Shown piece after piece: positions 8,726 through 18,040 of a DNA stretch of 60,907 nt. The DNA lies in assembly GCA_946625165.1 (NCBI GenBank), contig CAMOSR010000002.1, positions 1-60,907 of the forward strand, written 5' to 3'. Numbering within the stretch: the stretch's first letter is position 1; each line of letters opens with the position of its first letter. This stretch comes from an uncultured Bacillota bacterium. Lineage in GTDB: Bacteria; Bacillota_I; Bacilli_A; RF39; UBA660. A program made the translations under genes and the position numbers. The notes under the pieces are model-generated. The model made no database searches, was not told the DNA's origin, and was given only the letters and a program-made list of their open reading frames with translations.

Positions 8726-11278
8726 TTATTTTTGTAATATTTGAAGTTTTTCTTTTTCTTCTTCTAGTTTCTTTTTTTCGGATTCTACTATTTGTTTTGG
8801 AGCTTTGTTAATGTAGTTCTCATTTGAAAGTAGTTTTTCTCTTCTTTGGATTGACTCTTGCAACACTTCTATTTCTTTTTGTTTAGCTGTTTCGTCAACC
8901 TCTTCAGCTTTGAAATAATATGTAATATCAATCATATTTGATTTATAATTTACATTGTTTAGGGTTTGTTTTTCGGTAACTATATTCTCATCTTTTATTT
9001 TTAACAAACCAGCATATATATTATAGGTTTCTGGTAAGCAATTAATTTTTACTAGAGCATCTTTTTTTATGTTATTATTTAATTTTAAAGTTCTAATTGA
9101 AACGATATCGTTTATTATTTTATCTAATTTTTCGCTTTCTTTAGTATATATTTCATCTTTATTATATTTTGGGTAAGATGATATCATAATAGATTCTTTT
9201 TCTTTAACTGGTAGTTTTTGGTATATTTCTTCTGTTACATATGGCATAAATGGGTGAAGTAATTTTAGTATTGTTGTAAGGACTTCTAACAGTACAACTT
9301 TTGTGTTTGTATTTATATTATTCTTAGATAGTTCAATATACCAGTCACAGAATTTAGACCATGTAAAATCATATATTTGGTTCCCGGCATTATGGAAGTT
9401 ATAACTATTCATGTTTCTTGTAACACTTTCAACAAGTTTATTTTTTTCAGTTAAAATCCATTTGTCAGCTAGCGTTAGCTCGCTTTGTGTATAGGTGGTC
9501 ACTGACAGATTTTCAATGTTCATTAAAACAAATCTTGAAGCATTCCATAGTTTGTTGATAAAATTCCATGAAGCCTTTACCTTGTCTTCATCATATCTTA
9601 AGTCCATGCCAGGTGCGGAACTTTTAAGTAAGAAAAATCTAAGTGAATCGGCGCCATACTTATCGATAATGTCCATAGGATCGACACCATTACCTAAAGA
9701 TTTACTCATTTTTCTTCCTTCTTTATCTCTGATTAATCCGTGAATCAGGCAGTCTTCAAATGGCCTAGACCCTGTAAAGTGTAATCCTTGGAAGGTCATT
9801 CTATTAACCCAAAATGGAATTATGTCATAGGCAGTTACTAACACATTGTTTGGATAGTTTCTTTTTAATAATTCAGTGCTGTCTGGCCAACCTAAAGTAG
9901 CAAATGGCCATAGTGCTGACGAAAACCAAGTATCTAATACATCTTCGTCTTGTTTCCAGCCTTCTTCTTTTGGCTCATCCGTTCCAACATATATTTCATT
10001 ATCTTTGTACCAGGCTGGGATTCTATGCCCCCACCATAATTGTCTTGAAATACACCAGTCATATGTTATTTCCATCCAGTGGTTCATTGTTTTTTCATAT
10101 CTTGTAGGAACAAAGTTTACTTTTGTATCTTTATCTTTTTGATTTTCTAAAACTCTATCAGCAAGTGGTCTCATTTTAACAAACCATTGTTTTGAAAGGT
10201 ATGGTTCAACAACAGCCCCTGTTCTTTCTGAGTGTCCAACTGAGTGGGTCATGGGTTCTATTCTTAAAAGCAGGCCTTCTTTTTCTAAGTCTTTTAGTAG
10301 TTCTTCGCGGCACTTTTCTCTGGTCATTCCTTGATACTTACCAGCATTTTCGTTCATGGTAGCGTCTTCATTCATGACAACTACTCTTTCTAGATTATGT
10401 CTATTGCCTACTTCAAAGTCGTTTGGATCGTGTGCTGGAGTTATTTTAACGCATCCGGTTCCAAACTCTGGATCAGCGTGTTCATCGGTTATAACTGGAA
10501 TTTTTTTATTTACAATTGGAAGTATTACGTTTTGACCAACGTATTTTTTATATCTTTCATCTTCTGGATTAACAGCGACGGCAGTGTCGCCAAATAATGT
10601 TTCTGGCCTAGTCGTAGCTATATCTAGATAGTCTTCAGTACCATCTATTTTATATTTTAAATGATAAAAAGCTCCTGGATCATCTTTATAAATAACTTCT
10701 TCAGTTGACAAAGCTGTTTTAGCGACTGGATCCCAGTTTATTATTTTTTCACCTCTATAAATTAAGCCTTCATTATATAAATCAACAAAAACTTTTTTGA
10801 CAGCCTTTGAAAGTGCTTCATCTAAGGTAAATCTTTCTTTATCATAATCTAGAGACAAGCCTAATTTGCCCCACTGTTTTCTAATTATTTCGGCATGTTC
10901 ATATGTCCACTTCCAACATTCTTTTAGAAATTCTTCTCTACCAATACTACTCTTGGTTTTACCTTCATCTTTGATTCGCTTAACGACTTTTGCTTCTGTC
11001 GCAATAGCCGCATGATCCATTCCTGGAAGCCATAATGTATCATATCCTTCCATTCTTTTAAAGCGAATTATCATATCTTGAATAGACATATTCCAAGCAT
11101 GTCCAACGTGAAGGACACCGGTTACATTAGGCGGTGGGCAAACGATCGTAAATGGTTTTTTAGAAGTGTCTCCACTTTTAAAGTATCCTTTTTTTATCCA
11201 ATTTTCATATTTTTCTTTCTCTACTTCCTTGTGATTATATTTTTTATCTAACACGTTAATCATCTCCTTTTTTATCAT
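8726..11278 (-). CDS. valS: Valine--tRNA ligase
   Basis: Contains [16 protein letters not shown] (HIGH region) and KMSKSLGN, with a C-terminal coiled coil. The track start at 11323 runs through the T-box terminator. The true start is the ATG at 11278 or at 11263. Confidence 0.93.
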   Translation of the reverse strand: MIKKEMINVLDKKYNHKEVEKEKYENWIKKGYFKSGDTSKKPFTIVCPPPNVTGVLHVGHAWNMSIQDMIIRFKRMEGYDTLWLPGMDHAAIATEAKVVKRIKDEGKTKSSIGREEFLKECWKWTYEHAEIIRKQWGKLGLSLDYDKERFTLDEALSKAVKKVFVDLYNEGLIYRGEKIINWDPVAKTALSTEEVIYKDDPGAFYHLKYKIDGTEDYLDIATTRPETLFGDTAVAVNPEDERYKKYVGQNVILPIVNKKIPVITDEHADPEFGTGCVKITPAHDPNDFEVGNRHNLERVVVMNEDATMNENAGKYQGMTREKCREELLKDLEKEGLLLRIEPMTHSVGHSERTGAVVEPYLSKQWFVKMRPLADRVLENQKDKDTKVNFVPTRYEKTMNHWMEITYDWCISRQLWWGHRIPAWYKDNEIYVGTDEPKEEGWKQDEDVLDTWFSSALWPFATLGWPDSTELLKRNYPNNVLVTAYDIIPFWVNRMTFQGLHFTGSRPFEDCLIHGLIRDKEGRKMSKSLGNGVDPMDIIDKYGADSLRFFLLKSSAPGMDLRYDEDKVKASWNFINKLWNASRFVLMNIENLSVTTYTQSELTLADKWILTEKNKLVESVTRNMNSYNFHNAGNQIYDFTWSKFCDWYIELSKNNINTNTKVVLLEVLTTILKLLHPFMPYVTEEIYQKLPVKEKESIMISSYPKYNKDEIYTKESEKLDKIINDIVSIRTLKLNNNIKKDALVKINCLPETYNIYAGLLKIKDENIVTEKQTLNNVNYKSNMIDITYYFKAEEVDETAKQKEIEVLQESIQRREKLLSNENYINKAPKQIVESEKKKLEEEKEKLQILQK

Positions 11279-11280
11279 TA

Positions 11281-11498
11281 AAAAAACATCCTTAGTATAA
11301 GGACGTTTTGAACGTGGTACCACCTTAATTTGTAAGTTGTTGCTTACCTTTAATAGCTTTAACGGGCTAAACGTACTTTCTTACTGTTATTTCAGAAAAT
11401 CGGCTAACAAGCTACCTTCAATATTAATAGTTACCAGCTTACACCATATACTGACTCTCTTTAAACTATTTGATATTTACTCCTCTTGTTTAAGCTTT
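11281..11498 (-). promoter_or_regulatory. T-box leader (valine specifier) with terminator/antiterminator
   Basis: On the minus strand I see AGAGAG, GGTGTAAG, and GAAG-GUA-G placed just before the stem-I base helix AACAAG/CTTGTT. The T-box sequence is AAGGTGGTACCACG. The terminator is CGTCCTTA-TAC-TAAGGATG followed by a T-run. Confidence 0.85.
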
Positions 11499-11504
11499 TA
11501 TAGT

Positions 11505-11533
11505 ATTATAGTAGATACTAATTGTATTGTCAA
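11505..11533 (-). promoter_or_regulatory. Consensus sigma-A promoter for the valS leader
   Basis: TTGACA, a 17-nt spacer, then TATAAT, all exact. The -35 overlaps the TGA stop of the upstream gene. Confidence 0.7.
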
Positions 11534-12195
11534 GAAATTTGATTACCACAGAAGAAACAAATTTTAGCGGCTGGGTCTAGCTTTGTTCCACAATTTGGAC
11601 AAACCTTTAGTGCTTCACTATTTTGGGTTTTTCCTATGATAGTTTCTTGTTTGTGTGTATCATTAGAAGTTACCGTTTCATTTTGATTTATAGGTTGTGG
11701 GTTTGTTTTTGCTTGATAATTATTTGGATTTATATTGTCATGTGCTTCATGAATGGAGTTTGGGTTTATAGTTTCTGTTGAACTTCCTTTTTCAAATAGC
11801 GATTTTTCGTTATTTAAAAACTCTTTGGTGTTATCGTATAGGTGTAACATAAATTGTGGTTTTTTAAAAACTAGTTCCGGAAATTTATACATTGGAATTA
11901 AAAGAAAATAAATGGCTTCTTTACTATCCATGTTATAAGCTTCTAGCAGTTTACAGATAATTATGTAATAGTAGTATAGATTTACAACCGGTATTAACGT
12001 TTTGTAGAATACTGAACGTTTTAAATCTAATTTGTCAGTTAAAAGCAGACGATTATAAAATGGTATAAATGCTTTCCAGCTTGAAATTTTAGCAGATTTA
12101 AATATGTATGCTAGAGATATTTTTACTGTTACGTAAACAATAAATAGAATTAAGAATAATAATAAAAAATATTTACCTGTTCCTTCATATGCCAT
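11530..12195 (-). CDS. DUF5684-like membrane protein with C-terminal zinc ribbon
   Basis: Contains SWKAFIPFYN and LIPVVNLYYY, in hydrophobic segments. The C-terminus is CPNCGTKLDPAAKICFFCGNQIS. AGGAGG Shine-Dalgarno sits 8 nt before the ATG at 12195. Confidence 0.5.
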   Translation of the reverse strand: MAYEGTGKYFLLLFLILFIVYVTVKISLAYIFKSAKISSWKAFIPFYNRLLLTDKLDLKRSVFYKTLIPVVNLYYYYIIICKLLEAYNMDSKEAIYFLLIPMYKFPELVFKKPQFMLHLYDNTKEFLNNEKSLFEKGSSTETINPNSIHEAHDNINPNNYQAKTNPQPINQNETVTSNDTHKQETIIGKTQNSEALKVCPNCGTKLDPAAKICFFCGNQIS

Positions 12196-12256
12196 GTACA
12201 CTGCCTCCTATTTTAATTATAACATGTTTTTATACAAATTATAGTCTTTTATATTC

Positions 12257-12478
12257 TTATTTATTTAATCTTCTTAAATTATTAAATGCATTACTAAGAT
12301 CATTTGGCTTATTTGGTAATGGTTTTCTTATATTAGCTTCTTTTGTGGATTCATCTTTGTTGATATTATGAATCATATTAAAACGTTTTTCTTTTAATTC
12401 TTCCGGTGATTGATTAAAACCTCTTTTAACTATTCCTTTAAAAATATTATTATCTTTATTATTTGTGTTAATTATCAT
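12257..12478 (-). CDS. Small Lys/Asn-rich hypothetical protein
   Basis: 73-aa ORF with GAAAGGAAG Shine-Dalgarno right after the rnhB stop. No recognised motif. Confidence 0.4.
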   Translation of the reverse strand: MIINTNNKDNNIFKGIVKRGFNQSPEELKEKRFNMIHNINKDESTKEANIRKPLPNKPNDLSNAFNNLRRLNK

Positions 12479-12489
12479 AGTCTTCCTTT

Positions 12490-13110
12490 CTAACATTGAC
12501 CTTTTTCTAAATAGTTTTTTACTGGTCCGTATGTCAGTCTATATCCGTCTATTAGTCCATATTCATTTATAGCTTCTAAATGTTTCTTAGTTGGGTATCC
12601 TTTGTGATTTTTAAAGCCATATTGGGGATACTTTTTATCTATTTCGTATAGCATTTTGTCTCTGGTTACTTTGGCAATCACGCTAGCCGCTGCGATAGTT
12701 ATACTTTTAGCATCTCCTTTAATAATTGGAAATACAGGAATATCTAAGTCTATCGGCATAGCGTCTGTTAGTATGTATTCTAGGTTTATTTGGTTTCTTA
12801 CTTTTTCAATAGCTATTTTCATAGCTTTTCTACTTGCTTCATAAATATTTATTTTATCTATTTCTTTAGGCCCAACTATTCCTACTCCATATATAACATT
12901 ATTTATTAAATAATCGTAGAAAATATTTCTCTTTTTTTCAGTTAGTTTTTTTGAGTCAGTCAGCCCTTCTAGTTTAAAATCTTTTGGTAGTACTACACAA
13001 GCGGCAACTACGGGTCCGTAAAGTGGCCCTCTTCCAGCTTCGTCTGTTCCACCAATATAATTTATATTTTTTTTATATAGTTCTTTTTCATATTTCCATA
13101 AGTCGTCCAT
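12490..13110 (-). CDS. rnhB: Ribonuclease HII
   Basis: Contains GTDEAGRGPLYGPVVAACVVL, SKKL and ASVIAKVTRD. Confidence 0.93.
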   Translation of the reverse strand: MDDLWKYEKELYKKNINYIGGTDEAGRGPLYGPVVAACVVLPKDFKLEGLTDSKKLTEKKRNIFYDYLINNVIYGVGIVGPKEIDKINIYEASRKAMKIAIEKVRNQINLEYILTDAMPIDLDIPVFPIIKGDAKSITIAAASVIAKVTRDKMLYEIDKKYPQYGFKNHKGYPTKKHLEAINEYGLIDGYRLTYGPVKNYLEKGQC

Positions 13111-13145
13111 AGTTTACTTCCTATTAAAAATAATCACATATGTGA

Positions 13146-13550
13146 CTATTTTTCACTTGCTTCTAGTTTTTTAGTAACTTCTTTTGAAACTTCAGCAACT
13201 TTCTTTTTAATAGCATTAGCTGACTTTTCGATCATTGGTGTCCCTTTTTCAATGGCGTATTCAACTAATTCTGAAGCAGAATCTTGAAGTTTTTTAGCTT
13301 GTTTTTTAGCTTCTGATAAAACTGTTTCTTTATCTAGTTTAGCAATTCCTTCTTTTAATTCATTAATTTTTAATTCTACAGTTTCACGTACTTCGTCAGC
13401 ATCGACGTTTTTTACTTTGTTTACTAAATCCTCAAATGCTTTTTTCAAATCTTGTCTTGTTTCTTCTCCTTTTTTTGGTGCGAATAGTAGACCTAAAGCA
13501 GCTCCTATTCCAGCTCCAGCCAAAAATTTTCCTAATCCTTTTTTACTCAT
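13146..13550 (-). CDS. YtxH-like general stress protein
   Basis: Starts KFLAGAGIGAALGLLFAPKKGEETRQDL, followed by a long helical region. Confidence 0.75.
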   Translation of the reverse strand: MSKKGLGKFLAGAGIGAALGLLFAPKKGEETRQDLKKAFEDLVNKVKNVDADEVRETVELKINELKEGIAKLDKETVLSEAKKQAKKLQDSASELVEYAIEKGTPMIEKSANAIKKKVAEVSKEVTKKLEASEK

Positions 13551-13827
13551 CCTCTTTTTCCTTCTTTCTATAAAATATTTTTCCTAGGGCATTACTGAAA
13601 AAGCCCACAATATTATCACTAAAGCCGACTACGGCATCAGTTGCTCCATCAATTATTGAGAACATACCGTCTAATTTGTTTGACTTTTGGCTGATGTCAT
13701 CAACTAGTTTGTCAACTTTGCCTAATGTTTTAATCGCATTAATAACGAATATTATAAGGGCGATTATTAACACCATTAATAGTATATAAAATAGACCGGT
13801 AAATAATTCCGAAATTTCAATCGTCAT
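13543..13827 (-). CDS. DUF948-family membrane protein
   Basis: One N-terminal TM helix then a helical domain. Overlaps both of its neighbours, the ytxG/ytxH-like arrangement. Confidence 0.6.
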   Translation of the reverse strand: MTIEISELFTGLFYILLMVLIIALIIFVINAIKTLGKVDKLVDDISQKSNKLDGMFSIIDGATDAVVGFSDNIVGFFSNALGKIFYRKKEKEDE

Positions 13828-14579
13828 TTTATCTCCCCTTCGTACATTGAATCAATTAGACTGAATAATTCTTTATCGCTGATTTTTCTTGGTTTTTTCT
13901 TTACTTTTTCTTCTTTTTCTGGTTTTGCCATTTCAGCCTCTAATAGTTCGGTTAAATCATCTTCTTCTTTTAGACTTTCATGTCTTGGCTTTTCATCAAT
14001 AGTTCTTGAACTATAGTTATCCCTTATTTCATCAATGGTTTTTTCTTCTTTTATTTTCTCTGTTTCATCAACGCCTCTCTTTTCATCAAAAAGTACCCGG
14101 TTATTACCAAACAATGTCGTTTCGATATCCGTTTCTAGGCTTCCATAAGCGCGGTCTCTAATTTCATCGACACTAGCTTTTCTAGGATTATACTCGTTAT
14201 TTTTTTGTATAATCTCTTCTTTTTGATAATTTTTATCTAAAAATCCATATACAGGTGAAATTATTGGTGAAGGTTTAAATACTTTCTTTTCTTCTTTTGG
14301 CGGATTATAAACTTCCCGGTGGGTTTTTTGTTTTTCTTCTTTTACTGGCCTTTCGATATCTATGGTATCAAAATCGTCGTCATCAAAAAATGGGAATTTA
14401 TACTCTTCTTTCTTAGGTTCTTCCTCTTCAAATTCAATTTTTTCCGTTTTAATACTCTCCGCTGGTGAAGGTATTTCAACTTTTATAACTTCTTTTTGAA
14501 TTTCTTCTTTTTTTGGTTCAGTTTCTTCAATTTCTACTTCTTCAGTAAATAGATTTTTAAATTTATCTAATAGACCCAT
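13824..14579 (-). CDS. Acidic low-complexity hypothetical protein
   Basis: 251 aa. Starts with the amphipathic MGLLDKFKNLF, then repeated EEPKKEE-type segments. ATGA overlap with the DUF948 gene. Confidence 0.5.
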   Translation of the reverse strand: MGLLDKFKNLFTEEVEIEETEPKKEEIQKEVIKVEIPSPAESIKTEKIEFEEEEPKKEEYKFPFFDDDDFDTIDIERPVKEEKQKTHREVYNPPKEEKKVFKPSPIISPVYGFLDKNYQKEEIIQKNNEYNPRKASVDEIRDRAYGSLETDIETTLFGNNRVLFDEKRGVDETEKIKEEKTIDEIRDNYSSRTIDEKPRHESLKEEDDLTELLEAEMAKPEKEEKVKKKPRKISDKELFSLIDSMYEGEIK

Positions 14580-14591
14580 TCTCTCACACCT

Positions 14592-15194
14592 CTACTTTTC
14601 CTCATAACGTAAGAAACTACTTTCGTCTTTGTGTTGTTGTGTAAATACGTTATACTTTTCTTCTTTATTTTTTAGAAAGTCATCACTCAATGATAATTTT
14701 ATTATATTATGGTTGTATTTTATTGTCGATAAAATGTATGAACTATTTAAAACTGTATTATTTATTTCTTTTTCTGGAACTAAGGCTTCTATCTTGGCGT
14801 AATTATATACAAATTCAATTAGGTATAGGTCATTTTTTTTAGATATTTCTAAGTAACCAACTTTATTTCCTCTATCAATTCTCCGCGAATATAATTTTGT
14901 ACTATCTTCTTTATAGTTGATAGCTTTTTTATAATAATAGCTTATTTCGTCCAAGTATAAATAATAATACACACCATTTGAATAAAGTTTATCATTGGAG
15001 CCACTACTGTCGATATAAGTAACTCCTCTAGGAACATAATACTTATATCCTCTTCCCACATGGTTATATAAAGCGCTTTCTTTAGAAAGGACAACGTTAA
15101 TTATGTTGTCAATCGATGTCGTATCAATTCTAACAATTGTGCATCCAGTTAGAATTAAGGCAATCAAGCCTATCAAAACTATTTTCCTCTTCAT
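14592..15194 (-). CDS. Putative lipoprotein
   Basis: Starts MKRKIVLIGLIALILTGC (lipobox LTGC). AGGTG Shine-Dalgarno before the ATG at 15194. Confidence 0.65.
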   Translation of the reverse strand: MKRKIVLIGLIALILTGCTIVRIDTTSIDNIINVVLSKESALYNHVGRGYKYYVPRGVTYIDSSGSNDKLYSNGVYYYLYLDEISYYYKKAINYKEDSTKLYSRRIDRGNKVGYLEISKKNDLYLIEFVYNYAKIEALVPEKEINNTVLNSSYILSTIKYNHNIIKLSLSDDFLKNKEEKYNVFTQQHKDESSFLRYEEK

Positions 15195-15276
15195 ATACAC
15201 ACCTGCTTACTTTAGATTATATCAGAGTTTGCTTTTTTTTAACAGCAAAACAGCTACTTTACATGTAAATAAGTGT

Positions 15277-15903
15277 CTACTTATATACTTCTATCATATA
15301 TATTGGATAGCCTAAGCTTACAAATCTCTTTTCGTATTCGGTTTCGACATTTTCAAGATTGTCTTTATGAAGGTTTAGTGATATTTCCTTTATTTTATAA
15401 CCATTTTCGACGTATGATATAATTGAAAATTCAAATAATTTTCGGTTATCAGTCTTTTGGATAATATGTTTTTTCCCCTTAAAAATGTTATCATATCTTT
15501 TTAAAAATCTTTCGCTAGTTAATCTTCGGTGTTCATGCCTATTTTTAGGCCATGGATCTGAGAAGTTTAAGTAAATTGTATCTATTTCTTTATGGAATAT
15601 GTCATCTATTTCAGTGGCATCAAACCTTATTAATTTTAAATTTGGCAAGTCTATGTCATCTAGTTTTTGAACAGCTCTAACCATAACACTATCAAACATT
15701 TCAATACCTATAAAGTTAATGTTTGGATATTTTTTGGCCATACCGATGATAAAGTCGCCCTTACCCATTCCTATTTCTAAATGTATTTCATTTTTATTTT
15801 TGAATATTTCACTATACTTTCCTTTATAATCTTTAGGGTTTTTAATTATATAGTTTGATGCTTCTATTATTTCTTTTGCGCCTTTAACGTTTTTTAACCT
15901 CAT
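15277..15903 (-). CDS. trmB: tRNA (guanine46-N7)-methyltransferase
   Basis: Contains LEIGMGKGDF and NFSDPWPK. Confidence 0.88.
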   Translation of the reverse strand: MRLKNVKGAKEIIEASNYIIKNPKDYKGKYSEIFKNKNEIHLEIGMGKGDFIIGMAKKYPNINFIGIEMFDSVMVRAVQKLDDIDLPNLKLIRFDATEIDDIFHKEIDTIYLNFSDPWPKNRHEHRRLTSERFLKRYDNIFKGKKHIIQKTDNRKLFEFSIISYVENGYKIKEISLNLHKDNLENVETEYEKRFVSLGYPIYMIEVYK

Positions 15904-15980
15904 AATGTCACCAGTTTAATTATACACCAAAAATGGATAAAAGCATATAATTAATTAGATTATGAAAGGAGTAAGTTAGT

Positions 15981-16292
15981 TTGAAAAAAGATCGTAACTG
16001 CGGGGGGTATCCTATCTATCCACAAATGATTCCTAGTTTTGGTGGAATGGTTATGCCTGACCAAATGATTACCATGCCAGGAAATAATGTGATGGGATAT
16101 CCTAATAATGGTATGATGAATGTTCCTGGTGGTTCTACAACTACTTTGCAAAACAATTACGGCTCATCTGATTTATCTAATTTAACAAGCCAAGTTAGTT
16201 CTTTAGAACAAAGGGTTAGTAGACTTGAAAACTTAGTAAATAATGGAACATATTCTAGTAACTACAATACATCAAATTATCAAATGATGTAG
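15981..16292 (+). CDS. Met/Gly/Asn/Pro-rich hypothetical protein with C-terminal heptad segment
   Basis: TTG start 9 nt after AAAGGAG. The 103-aa product has YP/GM/NN repeats, then LSNLTSQVSSLEQRVSRLENLV. Confidence 0.5.
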   Translation: MKKDRNCGGYPIYPQMIPSFGGMVMPDQMITMPGNNVMGYPNNGMMNVPGGSTTTLQNNYGSSDLSNLTSQVSSLEQRVSRLENLVNNGTYSSNYNTSNYQMM

Positions 16293-16317
16293 AAAAAACA
16301 GCTAATTAGCTGTTTTT
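16293..16317. terminator. Bidirectional terminator between convergent genes
   Basis: AAAAAACAGCTAATTAGCTGTTTTT: a palindromic stem with an A-run on one side and a T-run on the other. Confidence 0.7.
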
Positions 16318-17230
16318 ATCCTTTTATACCATTATAAAGTTTTTTAAGAAGTGTTGCACTCTTATATAGTTTATCTTCTAAAATTTTCATGCGTTTATCC
16401 ATTTTTTCATTTTCAGTTTTTAATTCTTCGTTGTTTTCTTTTAATTTGTCATTAACTGATATTAATTGATCAATCTCTGAGCCTAACTTATCATTTGCGG
16501 CAGTTATTTTTTTAATTTGGTCTTGTAAAGCTATAACTTCTTTATCTTTTGATTTTATTTCTTCTTTCAAATTATTATAATCAGTTACAAAACCAGAAAT
16601 AGCTGTATTTATATTTTCAAATGATTCATCAAGAAAATCATCATCAGCAACGATTTCTTCTTTTACGGTTTTATCTTCTTCCGTTTCAATGGCTTCTGTG
16701 TTTATGAATTTAGACTGTTTCTTTGGTTTTTCTTCACTAGTTTCTTCTTTATTAGTTAAATCTAAATTAGTTAAGGTATTTGATAGATTGTCTATTTCAT
16801 CTAATAAATTTTCAGCTTCTTTTGGCGAAATTTTAACCATTTCGTCAACAAAATCTGATTCATCTTCTTGATCTTCAATATATTTTCCATAAATATTTAA
16901 TTCAGTTATTTTACTCATTACATCCTCGATATTAACAGCATATTTTTTCATTAAGCTACGAATATTTTTATCTTTAGAATAGCTATCATAAAATTCTTCA
17001 TCATCAGGAATTAAAATATTAGCTCTAAAGATTTGTTTTTCTTCTCTACCTTGTTCGCCTTCACTGAATGCAATAGACATATTACTAACTATAGATTCGA
17101 TGAATTTGTCTTTTTCTTTTATTGCTGCATCATTTGATTTTTTTTCTAATTTTTTAAATAATTCTTTGTTATCTTCTCTAATGTTTCTAGCCAATTTTTT
17201 GATTGCTAAAAATCTTTCTTTCTCTAGCAT
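16316..17230 (-). CDS. Acidic coiled-coil hypothetical protein
   Basis: 304 aa, Glu/Lys-rich with heptad repeats in the C-terminal third. No catalytic motif seen. Confidence 0.5.
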   Translation of the reverse strand: MLEKERFLAIKKLARNIREDNKELFKKLEKKSNDAAIKEKDKFIESIVSNMSIAFSEGEQGREEKQIFRANILIPDDEEFYDSYSKDKNIRSLMKKYAVNIEDVMSKITELNIYGKYIEDQEDESDFVDEMVKISPKEAENLLDEIDNLSNTLTNLDLTNKEETSEEKPKKQSKFINTEAIETEEDKTVKEEIVADDDFLDESFENINTAISGFVTDYNNLKEEIKSKDKEVIALQDQIKKITAANDKLGSEIDQLISVNDKLKENNEELKTENEKMDKRMKILEDKLYKSATLLKKLYNGIKG

Positions 17231-17256
17231 ATTATTCCTCCTTTTTACTCTTTTTA

Positions 17257-17814
17257 TTAAGCTCTTGAATCATATTTTCCATCTTTAGTTGAAACAATTA
17301 TTTTATCATTTTCATTTATAAATAATGGAACTTTAATTGTTAGACCATTTTCTAGAGTTGCTTCTTTGGTTGCATTAGTTGCAGTATTTCCTTTAACAGC
17401 TGGCTCAGTATGGGAAATTCCATACTCAATTTTTTCTGGTAAAGTAATACCTAAAACTTCACCTTTATAGAAAGTAACGTCTAAGTCTAACCCTTCTTTT
17501 AAGAATTTTGCGTCATCGCCAAGTTGATCTTTAGTTAAATCTATTTGTTCATAAGTTTCCATATTCATAAAGTTATATGTGTCACCACTACCGTATAAAT
17601 ATTGCATTGGTTTCTTTTCAACAATAGCTTTTTCAAATTTAATGTTGGTATTAAATGTCTGTTCAATAGTTGAACCTGTACGTAAGTTTTTTAATTTAAT
17701 TCTAACAAAAGCAGGGCCCTTACCAGGCTTAACGTGCAAAAATTCTAAAATTAAATAGATATTACCATCAATAATGATAGTCATTCCATTTTTGATATCA
17801 TTAATGTTTATCAT
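17257..17814 (-). CDS. efp: Elongation factor P
   Basis: Contains DIKNGMTIIIDG, HVKPGKGPAFVRIKLKNL and GDTYNFMN. Confidence 0.95.
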   Translation of the reverse strand: MININDIKNGMTIIIDGNIYLILEFLHVKPGKGPAFVRIKLKNLRTGSTIEQTFNTNIKFEKAIVEKKPMQYLYGSGDTYNFMNMETYEQIDLTKDQLGDDAKFLKEGLDLDVTFYKGEVLGITLPEKIEYGISHTEPAVKGNTATNATKEATLENGLTIKVPLFINENDKIIVSTKDGKYDSRA

Positions 17815-17830
17815 ACTTTACCTCCATGAA

Positions 17831-17998
17831 TTATTTTTTTTCATTGTGCTCTGTATGTTTTTGACATGTAGGGCAATATTTGTTTAATTTTAAACGATCT
17901 GGTGTGTTTCTTTTATTTTTTTCTACTCTATAATTTTCATTTTTACACACACTACAAACTAAAGTAATATTCTCTCTAGCTTCTCCTTTTTTAGCCAT
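17831..17998 (-). CDS. rpmG: 50S ribosomal protein L33 (bL33), zinc-binding form
   Basis: Hand-translated 55-aa ORF, below the track's size cutoff: [61 protein letters not shown] Shine-Dalgarno upstream. Confidence 0.9.
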   Translation of the reverse strand: MAKKGEARENITLVCSVCKNENYRVEKNKRNTPDRLKLNKYCPTCQKHTEHNEKK

Positions 17999-18040
17999 GA
18001 TTATCCCTCCTTTTCACATTTCTAGATATATTATACCAAA

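Noticed and set aside
11279-11323. N-terminal extension of the valS ORF ([15 protein letters not shown]...)
   Set aside because: The extension is read through the T-box sequence and its terminator hairpin, so it is leader RNA, not coding sequence.
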